The notes under the pieces were generated by a model. The model ran no database searches and was not told the DNA's origin. It saw only the letters and a list, made by a program, of their open reading frames with translations. Of a DNA stretch of 37,995 bases, positions 8,629 to 15,946 are shown piece after piece. The translations under genes were made by a program, and so were the position numbers. The stretch spans positions 1 through 37,995 of IMG/VR virus record IMGVR_UViG_3300019459_000019; one strand, 5' to 3'. Source of the stretch: a virus. Lineage: Duplodnaviria > Caudoviricetes. Every line of letters starts with the position of its first letter. The stretch's first letter is position 1.

Positions 8629-8807
8629 TAGGCTTTACCACGCTTGACAGGGTTTTTTGCTGGGTTAGAAGCGCCACATAAGCCGCCTTTGTTATAACCC
8701 TTCTTCTTAGCCATACCACCATACATGTAACCCATCTTCTTAGCTACTTCTGGTGCTTCTTTTTTAAGTGCTTTCATTCCAGCGTTCATTGGTTTCTTGC
8801 CCATCAT
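8628..8807 (-). CDS. Small basic protein with two YxxGG motifs
   Basis: MMGKKPMNAG...GYMYGGMAKKKGYNKGGLCG. ATG 8807 overlaps the upstream TGA. Confidence 0.75.
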   Translation of the reverse strand: MMGKKPMNAGMKALKKEAPEVAKKMGYMYGGMAKKKGYNKGGLCGASNPAKNPVKRGKA

Positions 8808-8890
8808 CACTTCTTTCCTTTCAAACACTTTTTAGCTTTTTTACATTTAGCGGGAGTAGGGCATCCCTTACAAGGTACTTTACTAGGCAT
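8807..8890 (-). CDS. 27-aa Cys/Lys-rich peptide
   Basis: MPSKVPCKGCPTPAKCKKAKKCLKGKK. AGGA RBS; fills the gap exactly with TGATG coupling to the next gene. Confidence 0.65.
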   Translation of the reverse strand: MPSKVPCKGCPTPAKCKKAKKCLKGKK

Positions 8891-8900
8891 TACGCTTCCT

Positions 8901-9296
8901 TTATTTTTTAGCCTTTTTCAATAATCCACCCTTATTCATCTGACGTTTTTTAGCTACAGATAGGGTTCCTCTATTTATAGAGCTTGCTGTATCACCTATT
9001 TTAAACATACCGCCGCCGCCAGATACTTTAGGTTTTCTTGCTTTATTTTTACCACTAGGCGTCACAGTCTTTTTCAAGTAGTTTTTAATCTGATTTGCTT
9101 CACCTCTGGCTTGTGCAACAACTTGGGGGTATTTTAGGTTATTTTTCTCTGCATAACTTATTATTTTATGCTTTAATTCTTTTGCATTATAGCTTTTACT
9201 ACCTTGTATATATGCATCAAGTAACCACTTAGGAGTTTTTTTTCCAGTGTAGCGCTCTTGAAACTCTCCTATTTTAGGGGGTCTTTTATCAGCCAT
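8901..9296 (-). CDS. Basic hypothetical protein ending MNKGGLLKKAKK
   Basis: ATG 9296 overlaps the upstream TAA and has a GAGGA RBS. Confidence 0.75.
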   Translation of the reverse strand: MADKRPPKIGEFQERYTGKKTPKWLLDAYIQGSKSYNAKELKHKIISYAEKNNLKYPQVVAQARGEANQIKNYLKKTVTPSGKNKARKPKVSGGGGMFKIGDTASSINRGTLSVAKKRQMNKGGLLKKAKK

Positions 9297-9580
9297 TACG
9301 CATTCCTCTTTCTTCCTGATGCAGTCGTTGACCATTTAACTTTCTTGGGGCCAGTTTTCTTAGCGGCCTCTTTCTTACTAATCTTACTAGCTACAGCTTT
9401 AGGTCTACATGCAGGGTAAGGTCTTCCTGAGTCTTTACTACCTGAGCGACCACATTCTTTGCCTGTCTTTACATCTGTCCACTCTTCACCAAACCACTTA
9501 CCTAAACCACCCTTAGCGTAGCCCCTACGGCTTTGTATTAAGTGGCCTGTCTTACGCGACTTTGTTTTTGCTTGAGCCAC
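9296..9580 (-). CDS. Small basic protein (KWFxEEW...CGRS...YPACRP)
   Basis: Motif recalled from conserved marine phage small proteins; family not verified. Confidence 0.7.
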   Translation of the reverse strand: MAQAKTKSRKTGHLIQSRRGYAKGGLGKWFGEEWTDVKTGKECGRSGSKDSGRPYPACRPKAVASKISKKEAAKKTGPKKVKWSTTASGRKRNA

Positions 9581-9719
9581 TATATTTGCCTCCCGCTTTC
9601 TTATATTCCTTAACTACCCAGGCTGATGCATATGCGCTGGGCCATACATCAAATTTTTTTCTAGCAGCAGCTACTTTGCTATCATAAAGCTTTTTATTTG
9701 TTGGTTTTGGTTTAGCCAT
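9552..9719 (-). CDS. Small basic protein (WPSAYAS...YKKAGGKY; DUF5872-like by recall)
   Basis: ATG 9719 just after the upstream stop; recognisable motif. Confidence 0.7.
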   Translation of the reverse strand: MAKPKPTNKKLYDSKVAAARKKFDVWPSAYASAWVVKEYKKAGGKYSGSSKNKVA

Positions 9720-9721
9720 AC

Positions 9722-10174
9722 TTATATTTTCCCTAAATAACTCAGCAGAATTAGTAACGCAAACCCACAAACAAATAAAAATATTAGACTTATACCGCCA
9801 TACAGGAGTATATTCTCTACCATCTTTTGCGTCTTCTTGCGCTTCTCTTCTCGTTCCTTCTTATTACGTACACGTATCTCTTTGCGTAACTCTACCAATT
9901 CGCCCCAAGCAGAGAAGCCTCGTGTTGCTATGACAATCTGCCTTAGCTCCTCTTCCATGTCTTCGGCTTTCTTGCGAGCTACAAATGTAGATAAAGCTTC
10001 CTCATTTGAATTAGCAAAGACACTATCTCTTTTCTTACTGTGGTCATCCTTAATGTCATCAATTGCTTGGAATAAACTACCAATGTCTTTAGCTAGAGAC
10101 GTTATTTCTTTCCCGGCAGAAACCCCTGCTTTAACAGCACTGAAACTCGCCATAGCGATTGTAATAGGGTCCAT
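9722..10174 (-). CDS. Coiled-coil protein with C-terminal transmembrane helix
   Basis: MDPITIAMASF start; hydrophobic C-terminus ILLYGGISLIFLFVCGFALLILLSY. Confidence 0.8.
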   Translation of the reverse strand: MDPITIAMASFSAVKAGVSAGKEITSLAKDIGSLFQAIDDIKDDHSKKRDSVFANSNEEALSTFVARKKAEDMEEELRQIVIATRGFSAWGELVELRKEIRVRNKKEREEKRKKTQKMVENILLYGGISLIFLFVCGFALLILLSYLGKI

Positions 10175-10206
10175 AATGTCTCTCTCTCAATTTGCATCGC
10201 CTACCC

Positions 10207-10464
10207 CTAAGCAATGATAAAGTCTACAATCTGACCATCAGGCATCCTAAGCTTATTAGGGTCAGGGTGATATGCATACTTTTGATTAACTAACTTGAGA
10301 TCCTCTACTGCAGTGTCAGGCGTAACCTTGTTAGGTTCTGGCTTCTCTTCTACGTTAGCTTTATGTGATCTGTCTTTGTCTTGACTTGCAAACACAATGT
10401 TATCATGTGTCTGAAAAGGCATATTAGGCAGCGGAAGGTGTGATATAAGTGTCACCTCTATCAA
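10207..10464 (-). CDS. Hypothetical protein (start could be ATG 10422)
   Basis: ORF in operon orientation ending GQIVDFIIA. Confidence 0.6.
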   Translation of the reverse strand: MIEVTLISHLPLPNMPFQTHDNIVFASQDKDRSHKANVEEKPEPNKVTPDTAVEDLKLVNQKYAYHPDPNKLRMPDGQIVDFIIA

Positions 10465-10561
10465 ACTCCTTGTCTCTCTTCTTTTGTAGGTATCTTTGTT
10501 TCTTGAGTTTCTGAATAGGGCGTTTACGTTTAGGTAACTTCCGTTTAATCTGACTCTTCAA
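10424..10561 (-). CDS. Possible very basic 45-aa peptide
   Basis: TTG start with GGAG upstream; MKSQIKRKLPKRKRPIQKLKKQRYLQKKRDK...; fills an intergenic gap. Confidence 0.4.
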   Translation of the reverse strand: MKSQIKRKLPKRKRPIQKLKKQRYLQKKRDKEFDRGDTYITPSAA

Positions 10562-10576
10562 AACTGCTTATACTCC

Positions 10577-10879
10577 TTAGCATTTCCAACGTTTACGGGC
10601 TTGTCTCAAACGAGAGTTAGGATCTTTAGCTGCTGCAGGAAACTTCTTCATTTGTCCAGCACTTCTAGCACAGTAAGACTTACGCCGCTTTGCAGCCTTA
10701 CTACCCTTCTTGACTTCTCCTGTTACAGCACCCTTTAGTTTAGATTTTGGATTAGCTCTACGATGTGCAGCTATACCTCTAGGTGTCATACCTGCACCAT
10801 CACTGGTCTTACGGTAATTAGCGTTCTTACCCTTAGTAGTCTTGCGTATAGCTTTTTCTCTACGAGTCTCGTTAGCCAT
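10577..10879 (-). CDS. Highly basic hypothetical protein (RRKSYCARSAG...RKRWKC)
   Basis: 100 aa, Lys/Arg rich; motif recalled from marine phage proteins. Confidence 0.8.
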   Translation of the reverse strand: MANETRREKAIRKTTKGKNANYRKTSDGAGMTPRGIAAHRRANPKSKLKGAVTGEVKKGSKAAKRRKSYCARSAGQMKKFPAAAKDPNSRLRQARKRWKC

Positions 10880-10884
10880 GTGTG

Positions 10885-11154
10885 CTACACTTTCTTCTTC
10901 TTGTTACTGCTTGTACGAGCTACACTACGGTTCTTAGCCTTAGTTTGAACACGCAAGTTAGAACGTTTGTTGTTACGAGGGTTGCCATCCTTGTGGTCAA
11001 CATCCTTACCGTCACCCTTCTTAGCTAAACCACCAGCTACCATAGCTTTACGTGCAGCATTACGAGAAGCCCTATCCTTCTTTACGGATGGCTTACTATC
11101 ATACTTAGCGTTCTGCTTCTTGTAATCACGCTTACCGTTAGTCATATAGGGCAT
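10885..11154 (-). CDS. Small HNH-motif protein
   Basis: DVDHKDGNPRNNKRSNLRV...NR matches the HNH pattern. Confidence 0.8.
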   Translation of the reverse strand: MPYMTNGKRDYKKQNAKYDSKPSVKKDRASRNAARKAMVAGGLAKKGDGKDVDHKDGNPRNNKRSNLRVQTKAKNRSVARTSSNKKKKV

Positions 11155-11411
11155 TAGCCGTAGCTCCGCTTTCTGTCAGGATCTAATACGTCTCTTCTAG
11201 GTAAGTGACCCTCTAAGTACATAGCACGTTCTACGTGATCTAAAGAATACCTGATGCCAGTGTCAGCCTCTATAGCTGCCCTTACATAGAATACGTCACT
11301 CTTAGGAATGTGTACACGTTTCAAACGTGCTGCGTCACCTGATACAAGAGCATCGTAAAACTCTTCTATTACGTTATCAGATGCGTATAGTTGTATGTTT
11401 TTATTTTTCAT
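11154..11411 (-). CDS. Hypothetical protein, first gene of the leftward operon
   Basis: MKNKNIQLYASDNVIEEFY...HVERAMYLEG. ATG 11411 preferred over the track start at 11528. Confidence 0.7.
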   Translation of the reverse strand: MKNKNIQLYASDNVIEEFYDALVSGDAARLKRVHIPKSDVFYVRAAIEADTGIRYSLDHVERAMYLEGHLPRRDVLDPDRKRSYG

Positions 11412-11417
11412 TGTCAA
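11389..11417 (-). promoter_or_regulatory. Putative promoter TTGACA-N16-TACAACT
   Basis: Consensus -35 with a 16-nt spacer; overlaps the start codon at 11411. Confidence 0.45.
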
Positions 11418-11548
11418 TACATTAATACACGTAAAAAGTGGTACGTGCCGCAAACTACAAGTATTGAGAGAGGAGACAAGGGGGAGAGCAACACTAAGCG
11501 TTGCAACACGTACCAGTTTGTAACACAAATTATGATTATTACTTATGA

Positions 11549-11750
11549 GAAAGTGTTACATTAAGAAAAGTATACCACTTACAAACATGTTATACAAGAA
11601 TAAAGTGTTACTATAGTGTTATAACTCTTCCTATGTCCACTAACCCATTTACAACACTTTATATAAAGTTATAACTCTTCTAAAGTATTACTTTACTTTT
11701 AAGTATTACTCTTTTTTAAGTGTTTTAACTTAAAGTGTTATAACTTTGCT
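11549..11750. repeat. AT-rich array of degenerate AAGTGTTA / GTTATAAC repeats
   Basis: GTTATAAC at 11618, 11668 and 11737; GTTATAACTCTTC repeated exactly 50 bp apart; several AAGT(G/A)TTA copies. Confidence 0.75.
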
Positions 11751-11763
11751 GCTACTGCTACGC

Positions 11764-11792
11764 AGTTATACGCAGAAAAACACCCCTGTCAA
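11764..11792 (-). promoter_or_regulatory. Putative promoter TTGACA-N16-TATAACT for the leftward (late) operon
   Basis: Consensus -35, intergenic, pointing into the packaging operon. Confidence 0.65.
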
Positions 11793-12151
11793 TACCCCCG
11801 GAAGCGATTACTTGTAAAATGTTACATATATTGCAGGTTTGTAACAATATGTGATAATACATAGGTGCGTATACACGTAAAAGTTGTGGCTTAAAAAACC
11901 ACTTCTGTGTGCTTGTACATACACGTACATCGTGGATAGGGGTACCGGCCCTCGCAGGGGGGTGGCATGTTACCTCTTTAAGTTTTTTCTGCTGATTTGC
12001 GCTGATTTTATTGCGTAAACCATTGAAAAGACACGATTTTATAACTGATATGTAGTCCTTGAAATGCTCAAAACGTGAAAATTTAACGGCTTTTTTCATA
12101 TGGTGCCGTTTTCGCAAGATGGATGGACAAAAACCCTATCCCCCTCTTTCT

Positions 12152-12226
12152 TGTGATCACAAAATAACCATCCCTTTTCAAACGTGATCACAAAACCGCT
12201 TTCTCTTTTTATATGTGATCACAAAA
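12152..12226. repeat. Three palindromic GTGATCAC(AAAA) sites at 31-bp spacing
   Basis: GTGATCAC starts at 12153, 12184 and 12215, each followed by AAAA. Confidence 0.85.
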
Positions 12227-12556
12227 GCGGCACCTATACCAAACCTATCCCTTCGGATATAACATCTATCCTTTAGCCGGGCGAGCTATCCTTTAGCCTG
12301 GTTGCGCTATACTGTTGGATATACGAGTGGCACAACGGGTTAGCTCAAAACATATACGTCAGTATATATAGCGCTCAGAGCCGCTGTAAGGGGGGCTACA
12401 GCGTCGAAAGCGCTTTTGCTGGTCTACCTACATGAAAAATACTTTGGGCTATCTTATTGAAATCATTAGACTTTTTTTATCGGCACTATCAAAAGTATAG
12501 TTTTATATGCTTCATGATAGGTTGACATATCCTTTTGGTTATAACGTTATATTCTT

Positions 12557-12597
12557 TAGCCGGGCGGCGGCTATCCGAATGTATATACGCCCGGCTA
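12557..12597. repeat. 10-bp inverted repeat TAGCCGGGCG / CGCCCGGCTA
   Basis: Perfect arms at 12557-12566 and 12588-12597. CTTTAGCCGGGCG also occurs near 12271. Confidence 0.7.
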
Positions 12598-12704
12598 GGA
12601 TGTATATGTGAGTGGTTACTTCGTATAGCAGGGCTTTGCAGCGCTTGAAAAACGGCGCAATTATTGGGGACAATTTAACGTTTAACAAAGAAAAGGAAAA
12701 AATC

Positions 12705-12902
12705 ATGACTAACCCCGAAAGAACAGCTTTAATCAAATCTTTGATACGCGCTTACCACCAGTTAAATAAAAATAACGTCTCTTTTCAGCCTGCAATATAT
12801 GCTGAAATTGAAGAGCATTTGTCGCACCTAATGTCACCTTGTGAGAACGAGATTTTTATAGATTGTTATGAGTTTCATGGCGTTGATTGCGCTAAAATAT
12901 AA
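12705..12902 (+). CDS. Early hypothetical protein
   Basis: AAGGAAAAAATC-ATG leader; MTNPERTALIK... Confidence 0.7.
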   Translation: MTNPERTALIKSLIRAYHQLNKNNVSFQPAIYAEIEEHLSHLMSPCENEIFIDCYEFHGVDCAKI

Positions 12903-12929
12903 ACGTTTAACAGAGAAGGAAAAACTAAG

Positions 12930-13109
12930 ATGCTTAATGAATACGAGTTTTGTTTTGAAGGTGAATGTGGTGCTGAAATGGGCACCATTGAAGCAAGCAA
13001 CCTTGCTGCAGCTACAGCAATTTTGAAGCGCTTGTTTCCAAACGATCATGGCGCGGATGGAATTTGGATAAATGACGATGGTTTCACCATTGGCTCTATC
13101 AATTGGTAA
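12930..13109 (+). CDS. Early acidic hypothetical protein (59 aa, not in the ORF track)
   Basis: AAGGAAAAACTAAG-ATG leader; MLNEYEFCFEGECGAEMGTIEA...GSINW. Confidence 0.75.
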   Translation: MLNEYEFCFEGECGAEMGTIEASNLAAATAILKRLFPNDHGADGIWINDDGFTIGSINW

Positions 13110-13124
13110 GAAGGAAAAACTAAA

Positions 13125-13373
13125 ATGTTTTATATTGAAGTAAACACCAAACGCGGCAACGGCTTGCTGCAACCTATGGCAAAAACTCTACGCGCTGCAA
13201 AAGCGCATTATCTTAGTCAAATGCAAAAGGAACCTTTCGGTTTAACCATAGATGACGTTGAAGAAATTGTCGTTTTCAAGGGTCGCAAAATTTATGGTTT
13301 TTATGACGGGCAATTTAAGCGCAAGCAAAACGTGCCCGTTGAAATACATAACATTCTTTTTGGACTATCATAA
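13125..13373 (+). CDS. Early hypothetical protein
   Basis: AAGGAAAAACTAAA-ATG leader. Confidence 0.75.
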   Translation: MFYIEVNTKRGNGLLQPMAKTLRAAKAHYLSQMQKEPFGLTIDDVEEIVVFKGRKIYGFYDGQFKRKQNVPVEIHNILFGLS

Positions 13374-13421
13374 TTACGCTTTCAATGCGCCGCTTATTGG
13401 TGGCGTATTTTTGGCGCAATT
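13372..13421 (+). promoter_or_regulatory. Long intergenic RNA stem-loop, possible RNase III site
   Basis: AATGCGCCGC pairs with GTGGCGTATT (G-U allowed), with outer arms AATTACGCT/GGCGCAATT. Confidence 0.45.
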
Positions 13422-13453
13422 GCCAGCAACCCTAACATAGAGGAAAAACTAAA

Positions 13454-14365
13454 ATGCTTATTTCAAAATTGACCAAAGGTTTTAACGTAAACGGCTTTAC
13501 TTCAAAAGCTGCAGCAATCCGCTATTTAAAAAGTAAAGGTCACAATATTTGCACCTTACTAGCGCAACCCGAAAGCAATCCAAAGGTTGCAAAAAATGGC
13601 AAGGTTGTCGAAGTGATGACATGTGCGCTTCACCTTGCGCCGTTTAATTTGTCCGGCTTTCAAGTATGCGCTAAAGCTTCACAAGGTTGCGCTGCAGCGT
13701 GTCTACATTCGGCTGGCAACCCTGCATATATGGAACAAAAAGAAAAAAGCCGCATTGCTAAAACCCGCGCCTATTTCTTAGAGCGTGAAGCTTTCATGGC
13801 AGTTTTATTCTTTGAGATGCTTGCCCATTATCGCAAGTATTTTGTGAAGCAAGGAATTGAAATTGCTTTCCGATTAAACGCGACTAGTGATTTACCTTTT
13901 GAAAGCCGCAAGGTGACAATAAACGGTAAACCCGTTTTGCTAATGAAAGCTTTCAGCAAAATTCAATTCTATGATTATACGGCTTTTGATAATCGCGCTA
14001 TTAAATTTGCAAAAGGTGACATGCCGAAAAACTATCACATTACGTTCAGTAAAAAAGAAGACAATGATCAAGAGGTTTCCCGCGTTTTATGGCACGGTGG
14101 CAATGTTGCAATGGTGGCAACAAAAGAGGTTTATAAGCACGTTTTAGAGCAAGGTTATATTTCATTGCCAAGCCCAACGGGTGCACCGATTAAATACAAA
14201 GCCGTGGACGGTGACGCGCACGATTTTAGGCCTATTGATCCAAGCAATAGCGTTATTGTTTTGAAAGCAAAAGGTGACGCTAAAACCGATACAACGGGCT
14301 TTACTGTTCGCAAGCTTTACACTGGTGAAGCTCAAACCCTAAGCGCTGCAATTGCTGCAGCGTAA
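13454..14365 (+). CDS. gp88-like protein with a three-Cys cluster (radical-SAM-like)
   Basis: LHLAP, CAKASQGCAAAC, RLNATSD, FYDYT, YHITFS, GGNVA, DGDAHDFR and LKAKG motifs. Confidence 0.75.
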   Translation: MLISKLTKGFNVNGFTSKAAAIRYLKSKGHNICTLLAQPESNPKVAKNGKVVEVMTCALHLAPFNLSGFQVCAKASQGCAAACLHSAGNPAYMEQKEKSRIAKTRAYFLEREAFMAVLFFEMLAHYRKYFVKQGIEIAFRLNATSDLPFESRKVTINGKPVLLMKAFSKIQFYDYTAFDNRAIKFAKGDMPKNYHITFSKKEDNDQEVSRVLWHGGNVAMVATKEVYKHVLEQGYISLPSPTGAPIKYKAVDGDAHDFRPIDPSNSVIVLKAKGDAKTDTTGFTVRKLYTGEAQTLSAAIAAA

Positions 14366-14391
14366 ACCCTAACCTAGCAAAGGAAAAAATC

Positions 14392-14601
14392 ATGGATGTT
14401 TCATTTTCTCTTTATTGCCGCATAGAAAGCCGCGCTGGCGGCGTGGGTCAACCGCCGAAGCGCTTTATTCAAGCCGTGCATGGCGTTTTAAAACCCCATA
14501 GTAAAACGCGGGTTGCGCGTGATCAAAGACACGAATTGATCCGTGCCGTTTTAGAAAAGCGTGAGCAATTGCTTGGCATGTATCTAGATAATAGATTTTA
14601 A
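14392..14601 (+). CDS. Early hypothetical protein
   Basis: AAGGAAAAAATC-ATG leader. Confidence 0.7.
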   Translation: MDVSFSLYCRIESRAGGVGQPPKRFIQAVHGVLKPHSKTRVARDQRHELIRAVLEKREQLLGMYLDNRF

Positions 14602-14619
14602 AATAAGAAAGGAAAAACA

Positions 14620-14904
14620 ATGCAAATAGCGTTTAGAATAACTGGCCTATCCAACCGCGACACAACCCGCGCGGAACAAGAGCATTTTGCTAGAATAATT
14701 GCTGCAAAGCTTAGGTGCCCCGAAAAAAGTTTACACACAAGCGCTCGCGCAAATGTGGTGCGTATAGTATCGCACAAAAAATGCTTGGACGATTTATTGG
14801 GCGCTTTTCCTGAAATAGATTTTATTTCGCGCACAATTGACGTGCATGAAATAAGCTTGAACGGCTTAGTTAAATTTAAGCTTGCAACAATGGGGAGCGA
14901 ATAA
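14620..14904 (+). CDS. Early hypothetical protein
   Basis: AAGGAAAAACA-ATG leader. Confidence 0.7.
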   Translation: MQIAFRITGLSNRDTTRAEQEHFARIIAAKLRCPEKSLHTSARANVVRIVSHKKCLDDLLGAFPEIDFISRTIDVHEISLNGLVKFKLATMGSE

Positions 14905-14906
14905 AA

Positions 14907-15125
14907 ATGCAAAATTTAACCATATATTTACACAAGCAATATGAGCACGGCAAAGCGCTTGCAATATTGGGAAGTAATGTGAGCGCATATAACAAGCTTA
15001 AAGAGGCTAAACAATTAGCGCGAAAAATGGATTGCGTTATTGTTGGGCGCGATTGCTTAGGCGGGTTGCGCTTTGAGATAAACCTAAACGCGCCGCGTGA
15101 ACATCAAGTTAAGGTTACAAAATGA
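14907..15125 (+). CDS. Hypothetical protein
   Basis: GGGAG RBS; tightly packed with neighbours. Confidence 0.65.
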   Translation: MQNLTIYLHKQYEHGKALAILGSNVSAYNKLKEAKQLARKMDCVIVGRDCLGGLRFEINLNAPREHQVKVTK

Positions 15126-15343
15126 AAACCCCATTAAAAGCAATCCGCAAAGCGCAAGCGTTAGAGCAATCAATTGATCGTCAAGAAACAATGCTTTATT
15201 TGTGGCGGTATAAAAAGCAAAAGAGGCGAGCGCGTTTAGCGCTACGCTTCACCGATAAACCCAAAAAATATGGTGGGCATCTTGGTCTGTCATATGGATT
15301 GATGCGGCAACAAACTGGAGAAATAAAAGATGCAATACTTTAA
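15122..15343 (+). CDS. Basic hypothetical protein
   Basis: ATGA overlap with the previous gene. Confidence 0.6.
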   Translation: MKTPLKAIRKAQALEQSIDRQETMLYLWRYKKQKRRARLALRFTDKPKKYGGHLGLSYGLMRQQTGEIKDAIL

Positions 15344-15779
15344 AAGAAAATATTTAATGCAAAGGTCAAACAATCCTGACAACCCGCGAAAGAATATTTG
15401 TGGATTGGCTATAGCTAAGATTTTAGGCGTCGAAGAGAAAACGCTTTACCTTCACACATGGCCGGATCTTAAACGCGCTATAGGTTCTTTGTATAGCTTC
15501 CGCAGCGTAAAGACTGCAGTGCATTGCAAAAAAGATAGTACGGTAGGAAGCTTGCGCAGTGAAATTGAAAAGCATTTTAAAACGCATGGTGATGTCGTGC
15601 TTTATGTGGTGCGTGTCGAGGGCCATGTGTTAGCGCTGGGGCCACAAGGTCAAACATGGGTTGATACTGCAGCGCGGAAGCGTGACAGGCGCAAAGTTAT
15701 AGATGTTTATGGCGTTTACTTGCCTGTGGGCAACAAAAAGAAGCTGGCTGAAATTGCTAAAAGATGGGGCGTGAATTGA
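15330..15779 (+). CDS. Hypothetical protein with Cys...His...Asp spacing (papain-fold-like, tentative)
   Basis: GGAG RBS; NICGLAIAK...EGHVLAL...WVDT. Confidence 0.7.
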   Translation: MQYFKRKYLMQRSNNPDNPRKNICGLAIAKILGVEEKTLYLHTWPDLKRAIGSLYSFRSVKTAVHCKKDSTVGSLRSEIEKHFKTHGDVVLYVVRVEGHVLALGPQGQTWVDTAARKRDRRKVIDVYGVYLPVGNKKKLAEIAKRWGVN

Positions 15780-15946
15780 TGGATTACTCTATTGTTGTGA
15801 TAAATAAACAAGGTGAAATTATTTTCCAAACAAGGCCTTACAAAGGTGATTGTGAGGTTGCAGGAAAATCTATGAAACGTGCCGCAGATAGATGGGAAAA
15901 ACGCGGCTATAATGTAGAATTTAGAGAACATAGGATTGAGGCATGA
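15779..15946 (+). CDS. Hypothetical protein
   Basis: TGATG coupling; MDYSIVVINKQGEI... Confidence 0.65.
   Translation: MDYSIVVINKQGEIIFQTRPYKGDCEVAGKSMKRAADRWEKRGYNVEFREHRIEA

Noticed and set aside
11758-12117. 119-aa minus-strand ORF and the 12539-12736 ORF
   Set aside because: They cross the repeat/terminus region, lack a clear RBS and have no protein-like motifs; likely spurious.
12152-12226. Possible mini-CRISPR array
   Set aside because: Repeats are only ~12 bp with ~19-bp gaps and there is no cas operon. The Cas4-like gene is a typical phage exonuclease 14 kb away.
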